From a virus (lineage: Duplodnaviria; Heunggongvirae; Uroviricota; Caudoviricetes): a stretch of 64,000 bases of DNA. Each line of letters starts with the position of its first letter. Within the stretch, counting starts at the first letter, position 1. Location: the IMG/VR virus record IMGVR_UViG_2579778660_000001. One strand, written 5' to 3'. Under the pieces are notes generated by a model that ran no database searches, had not been told where the DNA came from, and saw only the letters and a list, made by a program, of their open reading frames with translations. The position numbers were made by a program, and so were the translations under genes. Below are positions 19,901 to 27,983 of the stretch, in pieces.

Positions 19901-20850
19901 AAGTGACTCAGGAAGATGTCCGCAGCTTGTTCCGCAAGCCAAATGGAGAAGGCCTGGAAACGTACTGGCGAGGCGTGCTTTCTTTCCGCGATTTCCAGGG
20001 GCGCATGAAAGCCTTCACCAATGGTTCGGAGATTTCGCAGATGTTCGAACAACTGCGAACGTCCAAAATCATAACCAAAATTGAGAAAACACGCATGGCG
20101 CTAAATGCATGGCGTGATGCGCTGTTTGATCAGTACAAAATGCAAAGTGATGCAGATGGTTGGGCGTCACTTGCCTCGTTGGCAGATCAGTCAGTTTACA
20201 GTGCGCAACTAAGCATTTCTAATGCCGATAATCCGCTTGAAACATCTGCAACAGTCTGGATTAAAGCGGGGGCGTTAATTCATGCATTTGAGGATAAAAG
20301 CATTACCCGTGATGATTTCGCAGATGCAGATAGCTTGAATCGTCTTGTCGGGATGGCTATACGCCATGCTAACGCCTTAAAAGCGGGCGGGTATGTGGAA
20401 GAGTTGCCTGATGCTCTGAAATCTGCAACGTGGGATGACTTTGTGTCGCTTAAAAATAGTGGCGCTACGGAGTCAGAGATTGCTGAACGTCTTGCGGCGG
20501 CTAAGACTGAACGGGAAGAACAGGCTGATGCTGCTGAGAACAAGGCTGACGAGGCAGCAAATGATGATTACATTATCGTGGTAAACGATAAGCCTATTCG
20601 CGCCAAAGCACGTGTCCGCGGTCGCTGGTGGAGCGTAAGTGAAGACGCTGGTGCTGTTTATCTCATTGCAGATATGCCCGGATCTTCATCTATTCGCAAC
20701 GCAAAAGATGCCATCAAGAAAATCGGTGGGCGTTTCTGGAACTTCGAAGTTAACCCGGTTGCCGATGTGGACTTTGACCGTCCGGCCTGGATGGTATCGA
20801 CGCGCTATTCAATTGATGAAGTGCGTAAAATCATTGAAGCGGCGGCTTAA
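13933..20850 (+). CDS. DarB-like giant antirestriction protein: N6-adenine methyltransferase fused to an SF2 helicase, 2305 aa
   Basis: SAM-binding motif VLEPSAGTGIF and NPPY-like GNVPFG in the N-terminal part; Walker A GFGTGLGKTTTALA, DEAH-like VIADEGHNY and motif VI QRNGRGAR in the middle. Start codon uncertain (GTG at 13933 or TTG near 14006). Confidence 0.7.
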   Translation: MKITFSIPSQPYRIADFLRFRGGNPLDKLLHSISEASSLGELIEIVSRLHKLRAVATFGVKKVDGVSIQKTRRAANNAAVELLNSLPPGFDGAKLTDEQRQILAGYTGEGGLTDGEGSQYEYYTPQFMAEGIWDLFADYGIDGGHVLEPSAGTGIFQETKRQGMIMTSAELSPISGRINQLLHPEDDVNIGAFEALAAKDAMYDHAVGNVPFGEGRSGVAGLDPAYANEKNVGNYFVLRTIDKVKPGGLIVLVVPNGMTDGTKYKKLRDKVSRKAEFLGAHRMPSGTFSESGTDTVVDVWVLRKHPETFLEMIPDTDDSTLKSANVLWDTFLKGKWFTTEGKRFVYGDMERTSFRNTLVVKKDGRVSNESMKTALSRRFDSRINWDLLGVTTQAWQGAKVGDKRLVGGIWHEFDGLKWVKDTTTKSSALDVSRYGVSTFGDLQTTFQSTNGILALSWGQISAIASDYPSVISDEVAAMIRFAGKQREKDRERIMRGALIGQLINKALDKRNLGENVDDELADAARLTAAEVAKYGPPHAIKLNDITEAGAKNWLTFTGNVNQDGEASDLLSGRLDVSKGAAGIDFTRPEQVVTHLFSDVALNPINLDDFREAFKGELPEDDDQALEYLAKFDDIAIDGYGCLLPMGRATSGDIKSKVALLVGWRDASTGERKANFERQLSKIEEKRTFTPLNKVTVNLNARWLDRRLIKEFLAEQGYDEFKYTEPDLKVENGILVSPDDYEGKDGVFTGYQLRTVNGKNGNEFKKANNKDGFLNQLENYLNGVKPRGQNANEYLDKIAQLETSFNDWLRTHPQADQIARDYNDAFNGYIPFTHSDAPLGLEGISGKRIPLSYQNEEVRRLSEDGRGIMGFGTGLGKTTTALALEAYNFETGRTKRTCIVVPKAVYQNWYHEAQSFYSADAFANMMFIGLDEVRDGDGNIQTAPVLDQDGTPRLDNDGNPITRNVVKESASAVIAQRMNMIPSSNWRTVIMTKEQFASIPLRDETIGENSQQAVFNAAEMGRLDLASGKHRDAQKKNKIKDQAANTGTAKKQNIPYFEDMNFDSVIADEGHNYRNSFGAGREAGQLAYLPNPAVSKMARDMAVKAAYMMKRHNGRGVVMLTATPLVNSPIDAFNMLSTVIPQHEWMHMGIITPDDFVRVFGKTATVQVQKISGEVEEKQGLVGFQNLDGLRGIFHRWTTLKTASDVGATVKIPDIVENTLQIPMTPEQQAAYEELRKRAQELSRGDDVTVDDEGNITRGKPDDFIFSIIRDMDKVAIDPDLYASAITFQFPVELTEQVKSIANNLPKVAGGKAADDAEEAEEDATGGLVSTRTSKVVATTFSEHPNHVELRASIDLEAEILKAIADAGIDMKQVSHPIPPKYAALIENLREGLKNGKQIIFIDEKAQHQKLRRIIASALQMPEQEIGIINATTVSQAGGVKLKKVKKPTEPTPNKDGEYKEGAWETYYSKLAQYEDYLSAKNDAGLEGMEGIAADYNEGRTQIIICNKKAEVGINLHIGTTDIHHLTLPWTPASIDQRNGRGARVGSPQEKVNVHYYCGKGTFDDFRLDTLKRKKDWIKMVMTSDMSEIANGDADDADERAIMLAANPEERRAIMARQSKEREERLRLKAQREANNALDNYLKAANAAGKDIGMMEAELKSAMEQAQRYQSDLDGLIKSGINKNGQKYTLSALSKAKKRVRELRFAITRAKDADTVMKRSRGDVERAIKSGVLDISIDVIQNPQEYMRTGKNILLHKGSYYRAVIDAEYETTAIVRVTQIEGEKAQYTCRVAWLDRASRNSRSPGSTMTLPFDSVVEAVTFEEGVAESREIAARGVQSHQLSTSLSRDQFYDAIRSGVMRVTGKDRGGWQGAPDVNYWAYRNANGQIQMAFTYGGMIGQKISASGSDEIAPEQWIYPDVNDEALKREVAKIQTGDNPLRISEAEGFLRALFGFDYEQGMEAWGAQATMDDVVKAFDGWMAGRDLSGRSLEKVTQEDVRSLFRKPNGEGLETYWRGVLSFRDFQGRMKAFTNGSEISQMFEQLRTSKIITKIEKTRMALNAWRDALFDQYKMQSDADGWASLASLADQSVYSAQLSISNADNPLETSATVWIKAGALIHAFEDKSITRDDFADADSLNRLVGMAIRHANALKAGGYVEELPDALKSATWDDFVSLKNSGATESEIAERLAAAKTEREEQADAAENKADEAANDDYIIVVNDKPIRAKARVRGRWWSVSEDAGAVYLIADMPGSSSIRNAKDAIKKIGGRFWNFEVNPVADVDFDRPAWMVSTRYSIDEVRKIIEAAA

Positions 20851-20886
20851 CAGATATGGAGCGGCCTCGAAAGAGGCCGAATTAAA

Positions 20887-21321
20887 ATGACAACATTGAT
20901 CGACACAGTAAAACCAACGGAATCCTACCTTGAGGACATTTTGCCGCAGGCGCTCAATGGCAGGAGTGAAGAGGCATTTCTGGATGCATATCTGAATGGC
21001 ATGGTGGAAAGGCTGAAACGAGATCCACAGCTTTATCACCTTTATGGGCCGTGGTGGCCTGCGCTTAAAACGTTATTGCTGGAGCGCGGCGACATATCAT
21101 TTGGACAAGTTGTAGATAGTGATGTGGCAGAGATCTACAAAATGAGTCGCCCGGCGCTTACGGTTTTGGCTGGGCATCTGTATTCGAGCGATCGCCTGGA
21201 AAATGACGCGGTATACAATCCTGTTCATGCTCTGGAAGTCGCGCTTTATGCTGATGATACAGAGCCATACGTATACACAAGTTACGACGAGTCTATAGAG
21301 AAATATCGAATCGTGGAGTAG
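20887..21321 (+). CDS. hypothetical protein, 144 aa (darB operon partner)
   Basis: Tightly linked 37 nt after the darB stop; acidic; no recognisable motif. Confidence 0.45.
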   Translation: MTTLIDTVKPTESYLEDILPQALNGRSEEAFLDAYLNGMVERLKRDPQLYHLYGPWWPALKTLLLERGDISFGQVVDSDVAEIYKMSRPALTVLAGHLYSSDRLENDAVYNPVHALEVALYADDTEPYVYTSYDESIEKYRIVE

Positions 21322-21323
21322 CC

Positions 21324-21563
21324 ATGCGAAAGAATCGTAGGTTTACGATCGACGACTTAAAAGCGTACTCACAAGGGAAGGGATACGCCCTTGAATACCA
21401 CCGTTATAAGCGAGTATTTACCCTGCGGCATATAGAAAACCCTTCGAAATGGGGATGGATTTATTTTCCGCACACTGACGATAAGCTGGTGGGGCTTGTT
21501 GATGATTTATCCTATGAAGGATGGATGATTGCTATCGACAAGGCGGTTACGGAAATTAACTAA
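21324..21563 (+). CDS. hypothetical protein, 79 aa
   Basis: Starts 3 nt after the upstream stop; Trp/Tyr-rich. Confidence 0.4.
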   Translation: MRKNRRFTIDDLKAYSQGKGYALEYHRYKRVFTLRHIENPSKWGWIYFPHTDDKLVGLVDDLSYEGWMIAIDKAVTEIN

Positions 21564-21758
21564 CCGGATAAAGTAAACCATTAAAAATAACAAGTTGGGT
21601 AAATGACATACAATTTACCCGGCTTGTTGACCCGCATCACCATTTATTCTAAAAACAAGTCCGACCTGTTGCATTCGCCTATCTCTTTAGTAGTATTCCC
21701 CTCGATTTTGATAAAGCTAACGATCTTGTTATTATCGTGTTCATGATTTAAGGAATTT

Positions 21759-21775
21759 TGTGTTAGAAAATTGAT
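21759..21775 (+). promoter_or_regulatory. operator-like site TGTGTTAGAAAATTGAT overlapping the start of the VRR-NUC gene
   Basis: Motif copy. Confidence 0.5.
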
Positions 21776-22217
21776 GCGAAGACGCAGGCATCATAGTGCG
21801 TATTCTGAAATATCCCCGCACGCTGCTGCACTGAGAGAGTTAGAAAGAAATCCTGACTTATTAAAACGGAATTACGAACATTACGAACAGGTTCGCGTTC
21901 TGGATTGGCTGTATCGCAACATGCGATACGTGTATGAGCACACACACTCAACACCGAACGGCGGCCTGAGAGGCAAAAGGACAGCCATTAAGATGGTGGC
22001 AGAAGGTCAGAAGAAGGGCTATCCGGACCTTTCTATTGACCTTGCTCGTGGTGGGTATCACGGAATGCGCATTGAGATGAAGCACGGGAGAAACCGTCTG
22101 ACTCCCGAACAGCTCGTCTGGATGACTCGCCTCACGGAAGCAGGCTATTACTGCTTTGAGGCGCGCAGTGCCGATGAAGCCATAAAAGCTATCACGGAAT
22201 ATGTAAATCTTGATTAA
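21774..22217 (+). CDS. VRR-NUC family nuclease, 147 aa
   Basis: PD-(D/E)xK-type motifs GYPDLSI and IEMK; ATG at 21774 (track start at TTG 21771). Confidence 0.6.
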   Translation: MRRRRHHSAYSEISPHAAALRELERNPDLLKRNYEHYEQVRVLDWLYRNMRYVYEHTHSTPNGGLRGKRTAIKMVAEGQKKGYPDLSIDLARGGYHGMRIEMKHGRNRLTPEQLVWMTRLTEAGYYCFEARSADEAIKAITEYVNLD

Positions 22218-22231
22218 ACGGAGAAATCGTT

Positions 22232-22432
22232 TTGCGTTTACTTAACGTGGCTGAACTTATCCCTGCAGGAACTAATGCTATCGCTCGGCGTCGCTCATGG
22301 CAGCAGGCTCTATGTATTGAGATCTCGAAACGTATCAATGGAAGTTTTGAAGCTCGCAATATTGTTACTGGCGATAAGGTTCACATAACCCCGGAAAGTG
22401 CAAGCGCTGATGATTGGGAGTTTGTACATTGA
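22232..22432 (+). CDS. DUF2829-like small protein, 66 aa
   Basis: Motifs AIARRRSW and C-terminal ADDWEFV. Confidence 0.4.
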   Translation: MRLLNVAELIPAGTNAIARRRSWQQALCIEISKRINGSFEARNIVTGDKVHITPESASADDWEFVH

Positions 22433-22445
22433 GCAAAAAATATTA

Positions 22446-22728
22446 TGTGAGTCTGGCGTTCGCTGACGATGCGGGGAGGACGCGGAGTATCACGTTGAGC
22501 ACACCGGTTAAGGCTGTGACAGCGCCGTTAATCCGTGAAGCTCTCAGAGAGCTGGAATTGGGTGAAAACTCGGCACTGTTGTCGGTTAGTTGGTTAGGGA
22601 AAATGTCAGAGAAACAATACGTGGATGGAGTTACCCCAATAACAGTAATGAGGCTACTTTCATTGCTGCAATGGGCCATCGTACCTGTATTTATCGCGTA
22701 TCTTATTTATGAGGTTGCAACACAGTAA
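22446..22728 (+). CDS. small membrane-anchored protein, about 94-99 aa
   Basis: C-terminal transmembrane helix; start ambiguous (TTG 22429 or GTG 22446); followed by a terminator. Confidence 0.4.
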
Positions 22729-22745
22729 TTGCATAAAAACCCGCC

Positions 22746-22773
22746 AATTAGCGGGTTTTTTGTTTACTGCATC
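22746..22773 (+). terminator. intrinsic terminator (aaacccgc-caatta-gcgggttt + T run)
   Basis: Hairpin plus TTTTTT. Confidence 0.75.
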
Positions 22774-22802
22774 TTCCGATACCGTCATCAAACTAATAAA
22801 AT

Positions 22803-22819
22803 ATGTTAGAAAACTAATT
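22803..22819 (+). promoter_or_regulatory. operator-like site ATGTTAGAAAACTAATT (consensus copy)
   Basis: About 25 bp upstream of the ATG at 22842. Confidence 0.55.
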
Positions 22820-22841
22820 TAGCAAAGTGACGGGAACAGCA

Positions 22842-24050
22842 ATGAGTCAACACACTGATACTTCTAATCTGGAAATTATCTCGACAGCAATTGAAACGCT
22901 GCGCACACAAATCGCTCTTATACAGAAACGGAATCCGGGTGATGACCTGTCAAAGCGACTGCACGAGAGTGTCATTGCCACTACAGATAACCTGGTGGCG
23001 GAAATCAACAAGCTGCTTGATGATGGGGCAGTTGATTACAATAAGCTGGTGGATCAGTTTGAGGAATACCAACAAGCCGTTAATGATGGCTTGAGCCGTT
23101 TTTCGCAAGTCACAGGCGTATCAGCGACAGTTGAAAGCCTGGGTGATGCAGTTAATCAATTTGCCGCGAATATGCGTAATGAGATCGGCAATCTGGAAGC
23201 GCGTCTTGAACAGGCAAATACACTGCGTAAATCTGCCGAAGCCGATTTGAACCGTTACAAAAAAGACTATCCGCCCAGCCTGACAAAGCGGCTGGATGTT
23301 GCGGAGAAGGATAACCGCACGCTGAAAAGAGAGCGCCGGGAACTAAAAGAGCGTTTAACCAGGCTCAATCAGCAATGCATTGATTATCAAGGCGAAGGCG
23401 TCACACTGCGTAAAAAGTTGGCTACAGCGCAGAGCATTATCGAAACATTAAAGCGAGAGTGCTCACAGCTTGGTCACGATCTGAACCGTGCTTGTGGCAT
23501 GGGACAAAGACCAGAGACATTTCCACTTATGTATGATGGGCGGGATGCCATTGCCTACATCCATGAGTATCCGCACGGCCTGGTTGCGGAAACTGGGCAG
23601 CGTGGCGAAGCACTGCTGACGGCTAATTACCATCAACAAATCAGAACCAATCGCCTGTTAACGATGGATGTGATCCCATCGGTGTGGGGAACGCCGCTTT
23701 ACTATCGCCTGCCGGGCTTCGAAAAGGACTGGAATACCGACATAGACGAATGTCTCGCAGATAAAATTATGGCGTACCTGGAGACGGATTTTCCGCGCTT
23801 ATATCGCCGGATTATGGACTCTAAGGATGCGCCAATCGATGAATTAAAAATGCGTCCGGAGACGCTGGAGGCAATCAAGCAGACGGAGTTTGATACTGTA
23901 TTCAGTGTGGCCTGCATTCCAAGCTGTTTCCATGAAAGCATTCCGTTCATGCAAGGAGATCGTCGTCAGGAAATCATTGACGCTTGCCGGGTATGGGCGA
24001 ACGAATGGGATAAGAAGAATGGGGGTGTAGAAGATCTTTACGGGAAATAA
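22842..24050 (+). CDS. hypothetical coiled-coil protein, 402 aa
   Basis: ATG at 22842 (track start is an upstream GTG); long ORF with coiled-coil N-terminal half. Confidence 0.5.
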   Translation: MSQHTDTSNLEIISTAIETLRTQIALIQKRNPGDDLSKRLHESVIATTDNLVAEINKLLDDGAVDYNKLVDQFEEYQQAVNDGLSRFSQVTGVSATVESLGDAVNQFAANMRNEIGNLEARLEQANTLRKSAEADLNRYKKDYPPSLTKRLDVAEKDNRTLKRERRELKERLTRLNQQCIDYQGEGVTLRKKLATAQSIIETLKRECSQLGHDLNRACGMGQRPETFPLMYDGRDAIAYIHEYPHGLVAETGQRGEALLTANYHQQIRTNRLLTMDVIPSVWGTPLYYRLPGFEKDWNTDIDECLADKIMAYLETDFPRLYRRIMDSKDAPIDELKMRPETLEAIKQTEFDTVFSVACIPSCFHESIPFMQGDRRQEIIDACRVWANEWDKKNGGVEDLYGK

Positions 24051-24069
24051 TGTGTTAGAAATCTAAAAT
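24051..24069 (+). promoter_or_regulatory. operator-like site TGTGTTAGAAATCTAAAAT
   Basis: Immediately after the stop at 24050, at the head of a 1.2-kb non-coding region. Confidence 0.45.
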
Positions 24070-24699
24070 TACGATTCGAATGTATTGATTGTGAAGGTAA
24101 CTTAACATAGAATTTTCCTTGCTGGTGGGCGGCACCCACGTTTCGCTTGCTGGGCTTGATAGTCACTTATTGGTTATTGTTCGCCCACCAGCATTTAACA
24201 AATTAAAGCGTTAGAAAAGTATAGTAACGCAAGAGCACGCTTTGGCACCGTGCAGGCCAAAGTTCAGCAGGTTTAGTGCGGAAAGTGGTTTCAGAGAGAG
24301 CACTTTGCGGAGTAAACGACAGTACATGTTGAGCCACGGAAGGTCTTTTTAAGGTGTTCATTGATGATGGTCCGGCAGAGAGTAACGGTACATGCTGCAT
24401 CTAATCATCAATGCACATCTTCAACATTAAGGAGGCATAGGGATTTTTGTGGCGGTTACCTTTTGCCCTGAGTCTCCTTAATGTTGCGGTAATGCACCTA
24501 TGCGGATGTGGCCTTGCATTGTGTCTTGAAAGAATGGGGTAAGGCCGGGGACATCCCCAGGGGGAGGCACCCCCGCTGCAACGAACAGCCACAGACGGCA
24601 GTCGAGTGATGGGAACGTGCAAAGACTTTAAACCTCGTTATGGCTGGCGTGGCAAACGCGACAACCGAGACAGAGCGGTGACGGGCGGAGAGAGTGCCG

Positions 24700-24825
24700 C
24701 ATCAAGAAAGAAGCCGACTTGTGATCCCTTTCAGCGGGCATTTGAAAGTGAATCCAGTTCAGGCAGTCGGCTTCTTTCTTGTGTGAGATGTAGCGTATTT
24801 GCCCATCTTCGGGTGGGCTTTTTTA
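24700..24825 (+). ncRNA. candidate structured small RNA ending in an intrinsic terminator
   Basis: 12-14-bp inverted repeat gaaagaagccgact / agtcggcttctttc followed by hairpin gccca-tcttcg-tgggc and a TTTTTT run at 24801-24825; no ORF with an RBS. Confidence 0.3.
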
Positions 24826-25284
24826 GGGTTTTCGTCATGGTTAGCGACTTTGCGGCGGTTTAGAACCCGACCATTAAAGTAAATGCAAACGATGATCTGA
24901 TGATGGTAGCGGCCTAAGAAGCCTGACGCCACGGGGTATGAGTCGTCCCCCGTCAAAAAATCGACCGCAGAGTGTCCCCGTCTGTGTATTAGGGAACGGG
25001 GAGGCATAACAGGCAAGGGCGCTGGTGTGATTAACCAGATGAATGAGAAGGGTCAGGTCTTTCTGGTCAGCGCCCTTACCTGTTACGTCCCTCCCGCGTA
25101 ACAGCCATTGCTTGATGGTATATGGGAAAGTTTGTTGGTTACGGGTATATCCCGTCATGCTGAAGGCGCTAATCACGCTGGAAGCCAGGGTTATGCATCC
25201 CCTGTTACTGAATTGCAGCCAGGGCGCGGTGCGCCGAAAAGCATACGGAGGTGGAAGCCCTCGCCGGAGACGTACCCGGCAAGT

Positions 25285-25360
25285 GATGGTGTAGCTCAGC
25301 GGTTAGAGCGGTTGACTGTTAATCAACGGGTCGATGGTTCAAATCCATCCACCATCGCCA
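25285..25360 (+). tRNA. tRNA-Asn (anticodon GUU)
   Basis: Cloverleaf folded by hand: acceptor gatggtg/caccatc, D arm gctc/gagc, anticodon loop CUGUUAA, T loop TTCAAAT, encoded CCA. Confidence 0.85.
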
Positions 25361-25362
25361 AT

Positions 25363-25438
25363 GCCGGTTTAGCTCAGTTGGTAGAGCGCCTGCCTTGTAA
25401 GCAGGATGTCAGCGGTTCGAGTCCGTTAACCGGCACCA
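25363..25438 (+). tRNA. tRNA-Thr (anticodon UGU)
   Basis: Acceptor gccggtt/aaccggc, anticodon loop CUUGUAA, T loop TTCGAGT, encoded CCA; 2 nt after tRNA-Asn. Confidence 0.85.
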
Positions 25439-25903
25439 ACACAACAGGTAAGGGTATTTTGCGACGTCGGAGATCGCCGTGCTTGGCAGAGGGTTCGAAT
25501 CCCTACGAAGTACCCTTACCGTTGTGATGAAGTGCAGCTCTTTGAAGCAACCAGAAGATAAGCATCTGGCTTCACAACATAAACCGCAGGAACGACCAAT
25601 AAACGGTAGTCCGTATGGAGAACACCCCGTTGAGGAAGAGGCCTGGCCGGAACCGTAACCGGCACCACAACGTTGAGAACATTGGCGTAACGGGATCATA
25701 TCCCAATCTATGAATAAATGTCGCGAGGCAGCGTGACAACCAGTGTTCTCAACGTTGTGGTGGATTCGCAGACTGATGCGATAGCTTTCTTGGATGTTAG
25801 GGAAATGCGGCCGCAAATCTTCCCTTTCGCGAGCGGTGATCGTCCGTAGTCCTAATTGGCTGCACCGTATGCCGGAGATTCAGTACCGGCCACCACAACG
25901 GCC

Positions 25904-25990
25904 GGAGAGTAGGGAGCATGGTGCTCAAGCGGTCTTGAAAACCGTCCCATTGCGCAAGCGATGATGGTTCGATTCCATTACTCTCCGCCA
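25904..25990 (+). tRNA. putative class-II tRNA, Ser-like (anticodon UGA), possibly a pseudo-tRNA
   Basis: Acceptor ggagagt/actctcc, anticodon arm gcggt-CUUGAAA-accgt, long variable arm, T arm gatgg-TTCGATT-ccatt, discriminator G and CCA; but A at position 8 and an atypical D arm. Confidence 0.4.
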
Positions 25991-26253
25991 GCGCAACGTT
26001 AAGAGTATTTGGCTAATTAAGCGAATGCCGGAAGCAGAACCGGATCACCAAATGCGTACAGGCGTCATCGCCGCCCAGCCAGCCAAGTGCTCTTACCATT
26101 GCGGTGAATGCGGCTAAGCGCACGCGGAACAGTTAAAACAATCCTTATTAGTGGTTAAATCAAACATCCCGGCGTTAATTGTTAACTGGTTAACGTCACC
26201 TGGAGGCACCAGGCACCGCAGCTTTTTTATTCGTTAAATAATGGAGTGAGAGG

Positions 26254-26472
26254 ATGCAGAACAATCCGAACAAATGTCGAACGCTATGGGTGCGGCTATA
26301 TATTTATGTCGTCCTCTGTTTGATTGTGTCACTGGTTCTGTATGTTTGGCTTTTGCCAAATATGATCTCATCTGACAGCACAATACTTGTATTGTTGGGA
26401 GTCCTTCTCGCGCTCATTTACCCGGCTTTTGCAGTAGTCTTTTTTCGCAAAAAAATCCAGGAAATTGATTAA
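26254..26472 (+). CDS. small integral membrane protein, 72 aa
   Basis: GGAGTGAGAGG RBS; two predicted membrane helices; TGATTAATG coupling to the downstream lipoprotein gene. Confidence 0.5.
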   Translation: MQNNPNKCRTLWVRLYIYVVLCLIVSLVLYVWLLPNMISSDSTILVLLGVLLALIYPAFAVVFFRKKIQEID

Positions 26473-27299
26473 TGAAAAAAACGTTGATTAGTGCAGCGAT
26501 TATTTTTGGTTCTTTATGTCTGACCGGATGCGACCGGGTAGAACCAGGCAATGTAGGGATCAAAGTAAATAAGCTGGGGGATGATAAAGGTGTCGGCGAA
26601 GTAGTTGGCGTTGGTCGCTACTGGACAGGCTGGAACACAGAAGTTTATATCTTCCCGACCTTTAAGCAAATGAAGACCTATGATGATCCGTTCAGCTTCC
26701 AAATGAGCGACGGGACAACAATTGGTTACCACATTGGTGTAGCTTACAAGGTTGATCCGGCAAAAGTCACAACTGTATTTCAGACCTACCGCAAAGGCGT
26801 GGATGACATTACCGACACCGACCTGCGCCAGAAGATTGCCGACGCACTTAACCGACTGGCCAGCAAAATGACCACCGACAAATTTATCGACGGTGGCAAG
26901 TCTGAACTGCTGGATGCAGCTCTTAAAGACATCCAGGAAGAAATGACGCCCATCGGTATTCAGGTAATGAGCCTCTCATATGTGGGCAAGCCGGAGTACC
27001 CGCCAACCGTTATCGACAGCATTAATGCCAAAGTCACGGCGAACCAGAAAACTCTGCAACGCGAGCAGGAAGTCAAGCAACGCGAAGCAGAAGCCAACAT
27101 GCTGCGCGCAGAAGCTGCCGGACAGGCCGATGCCATTCGCACAAAAGCCCAGGCTGAAGCTGATGCCATTCGTTTACGCGGTGAGGCTCTGCGCCAGAAC
27201 CCCGGCGTTATGGAGTTGGAAGCGATCAACAAATGGAACGGAACGCTACCGCAGTATATGACCAGTAATACCGCTGTTCCGTTTGTTCCGGTGAAATAA
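26472..27299 (+). CDS. SPFH/band-7 domain lipoprotein (Plp-like), 275 aa
   Basis: Lipobox LCLTGC after a signal peptide; SPFH-like core; Ala/Glu/Gln-rich coiled-coil tail. Confidence 0.6.
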   Translation: MKKTLISAAIIFGSLCLTGCDRVEPGNVGIKVNKLGDDKGVGEVVGVGRYWTGWNTEVYIFPTFKQMKTYDDPFSFQMSDGTTIGYHIGVAYKVDPAKVTTVFQTYRKGVDDITDTDLRQKIADALNRLASKMTTDKFIDGGKSELLDAALKDIQEEMTPIGIQVMSLSYVGKPEYPPTVIDSINAKVTANQKTLQREQEVKQREAEANMLRAEAAGQADAIRTKAQAEADAIRLRGEALRQNPGVMELEAINKWNGTLPQYMTSNTAVPFVPVK

Positions 27300-27312
27300 C
27301 CAAATAGAGAAC

Positions 27313-27444
27313 ATGATGGAATTTTGGACGTTTGCCGACAAGAACCCTTGGTGGACATTTTTATTTCTGCTGGTGGTTGCATATGGGGTCGAGCAAGCAG
27401 CAAAAGCCTTACGCGGTCCTGGCAAAAAGCGTAAGCGGAATTAA
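27313..27444 (+). CDS. possible small membrane protein, 43 aa
   Basis: ORF MMEFWTFADKNPWWTFLFLLVVAYGV... directly after the lipoprotein gene; weak RBS; below the track threshold. Confidence 0.25.
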   Translation: MMEFWTFADKNPWWTFLFLLVVAYGVEQAAKALRGPGKKRKRN

Positions 27445-27452
27445 CAGTAATC

Positions 27453-27528
27453 TGGCCCTTTAGCTCAGTGGTTAGAGCTGGCGACTCATAATCGCACGGT
27501 CACCGGTTCAAGTCCGGTAGGGGCCACC
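27453..27528 (+). tRNA. tRNA with anticodon CAU, ileX-like (tRNA-Ile2, lysidine type)
   Basis: Sequence ggccctttagctcagtggttagagc...gactcataatcgc...ggttcaagtcc...ggggccacca closely resembles E. coli ileX (recalled); clean cloverleaf. Confidence 0.8.
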
Positions 27529-27983
27529 ATATTTGGTTGTAACACGGCGTATGGCACATGCGTCGTTAGCGGTCTGGTGACGTTAAAGGGGTTATCTTTT
27601 CCCCTAGCTCAGGCAACAAACCAGGTAGCCGGAATGTGCAAGCCCCGTTCATATCGTCGGACCGAGGACTCACCATCCTGGCGATTCGGTGTGACAGCCG
27701 GAAGAGTACGGCGCACAACAGGAAAAGGCGTTTAATTAACGCGAGCGCCGTTTCCGTTGTGGTAATTGCGGCTATGCGCTCGTGGCGAAGCCATTTTCAT
27801 TCATTGAGGTTCTGATAAGTGTCGTCGCCGGGCGTGGCTGACCTGGCAGGTGGAGGCACCACCGCCACAACTCCTTTCAATTCATCATATAGCCGCTCAG
27901 GCTGTAACCCTTAATTAATACGAAGTTTCGACATCTCTATCGGTTTAACCGAGAGATGGTCGCGCGTGTAAAAAGGAGACGTT

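Noticed and set aside
14312-20543. About 25 short ORFs on both strands inside the 6.9-kb DarB-like gene
   Set aside because: All are embedded in a long ORF with clear methyltransferase and helicase motifs; typical shadow ORFs.
24203-25016. Cluster of 65-100-aa ORFs on both strands (24203-24400, 24401-24622, 24606-24863, 24759-25016, 24874-25176)
   Set aside because: They overlap one another, have no Shine-Dalgarno sequences and lie in GC-rich hairpin-dense DNA with a terminator; interpreted as non-coding structured RNA.
25447-25520. Third canonical tRNA immediately after tRNA-Thr
   Set aside because: It has a T-arm-like GGTTCGAATCC and a 10-bp terminal stem, but no acceptor/D/anticodon geometry could be built; kept only as a tRNA-like element in the findings.
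25108-25527. 139-aa plus-strand ORF in the track
   Set aside because: It completely overlaps the tRNA-Asn and tRNA-Thr genes and has no RBS; this is tRNA DNA read as protein.
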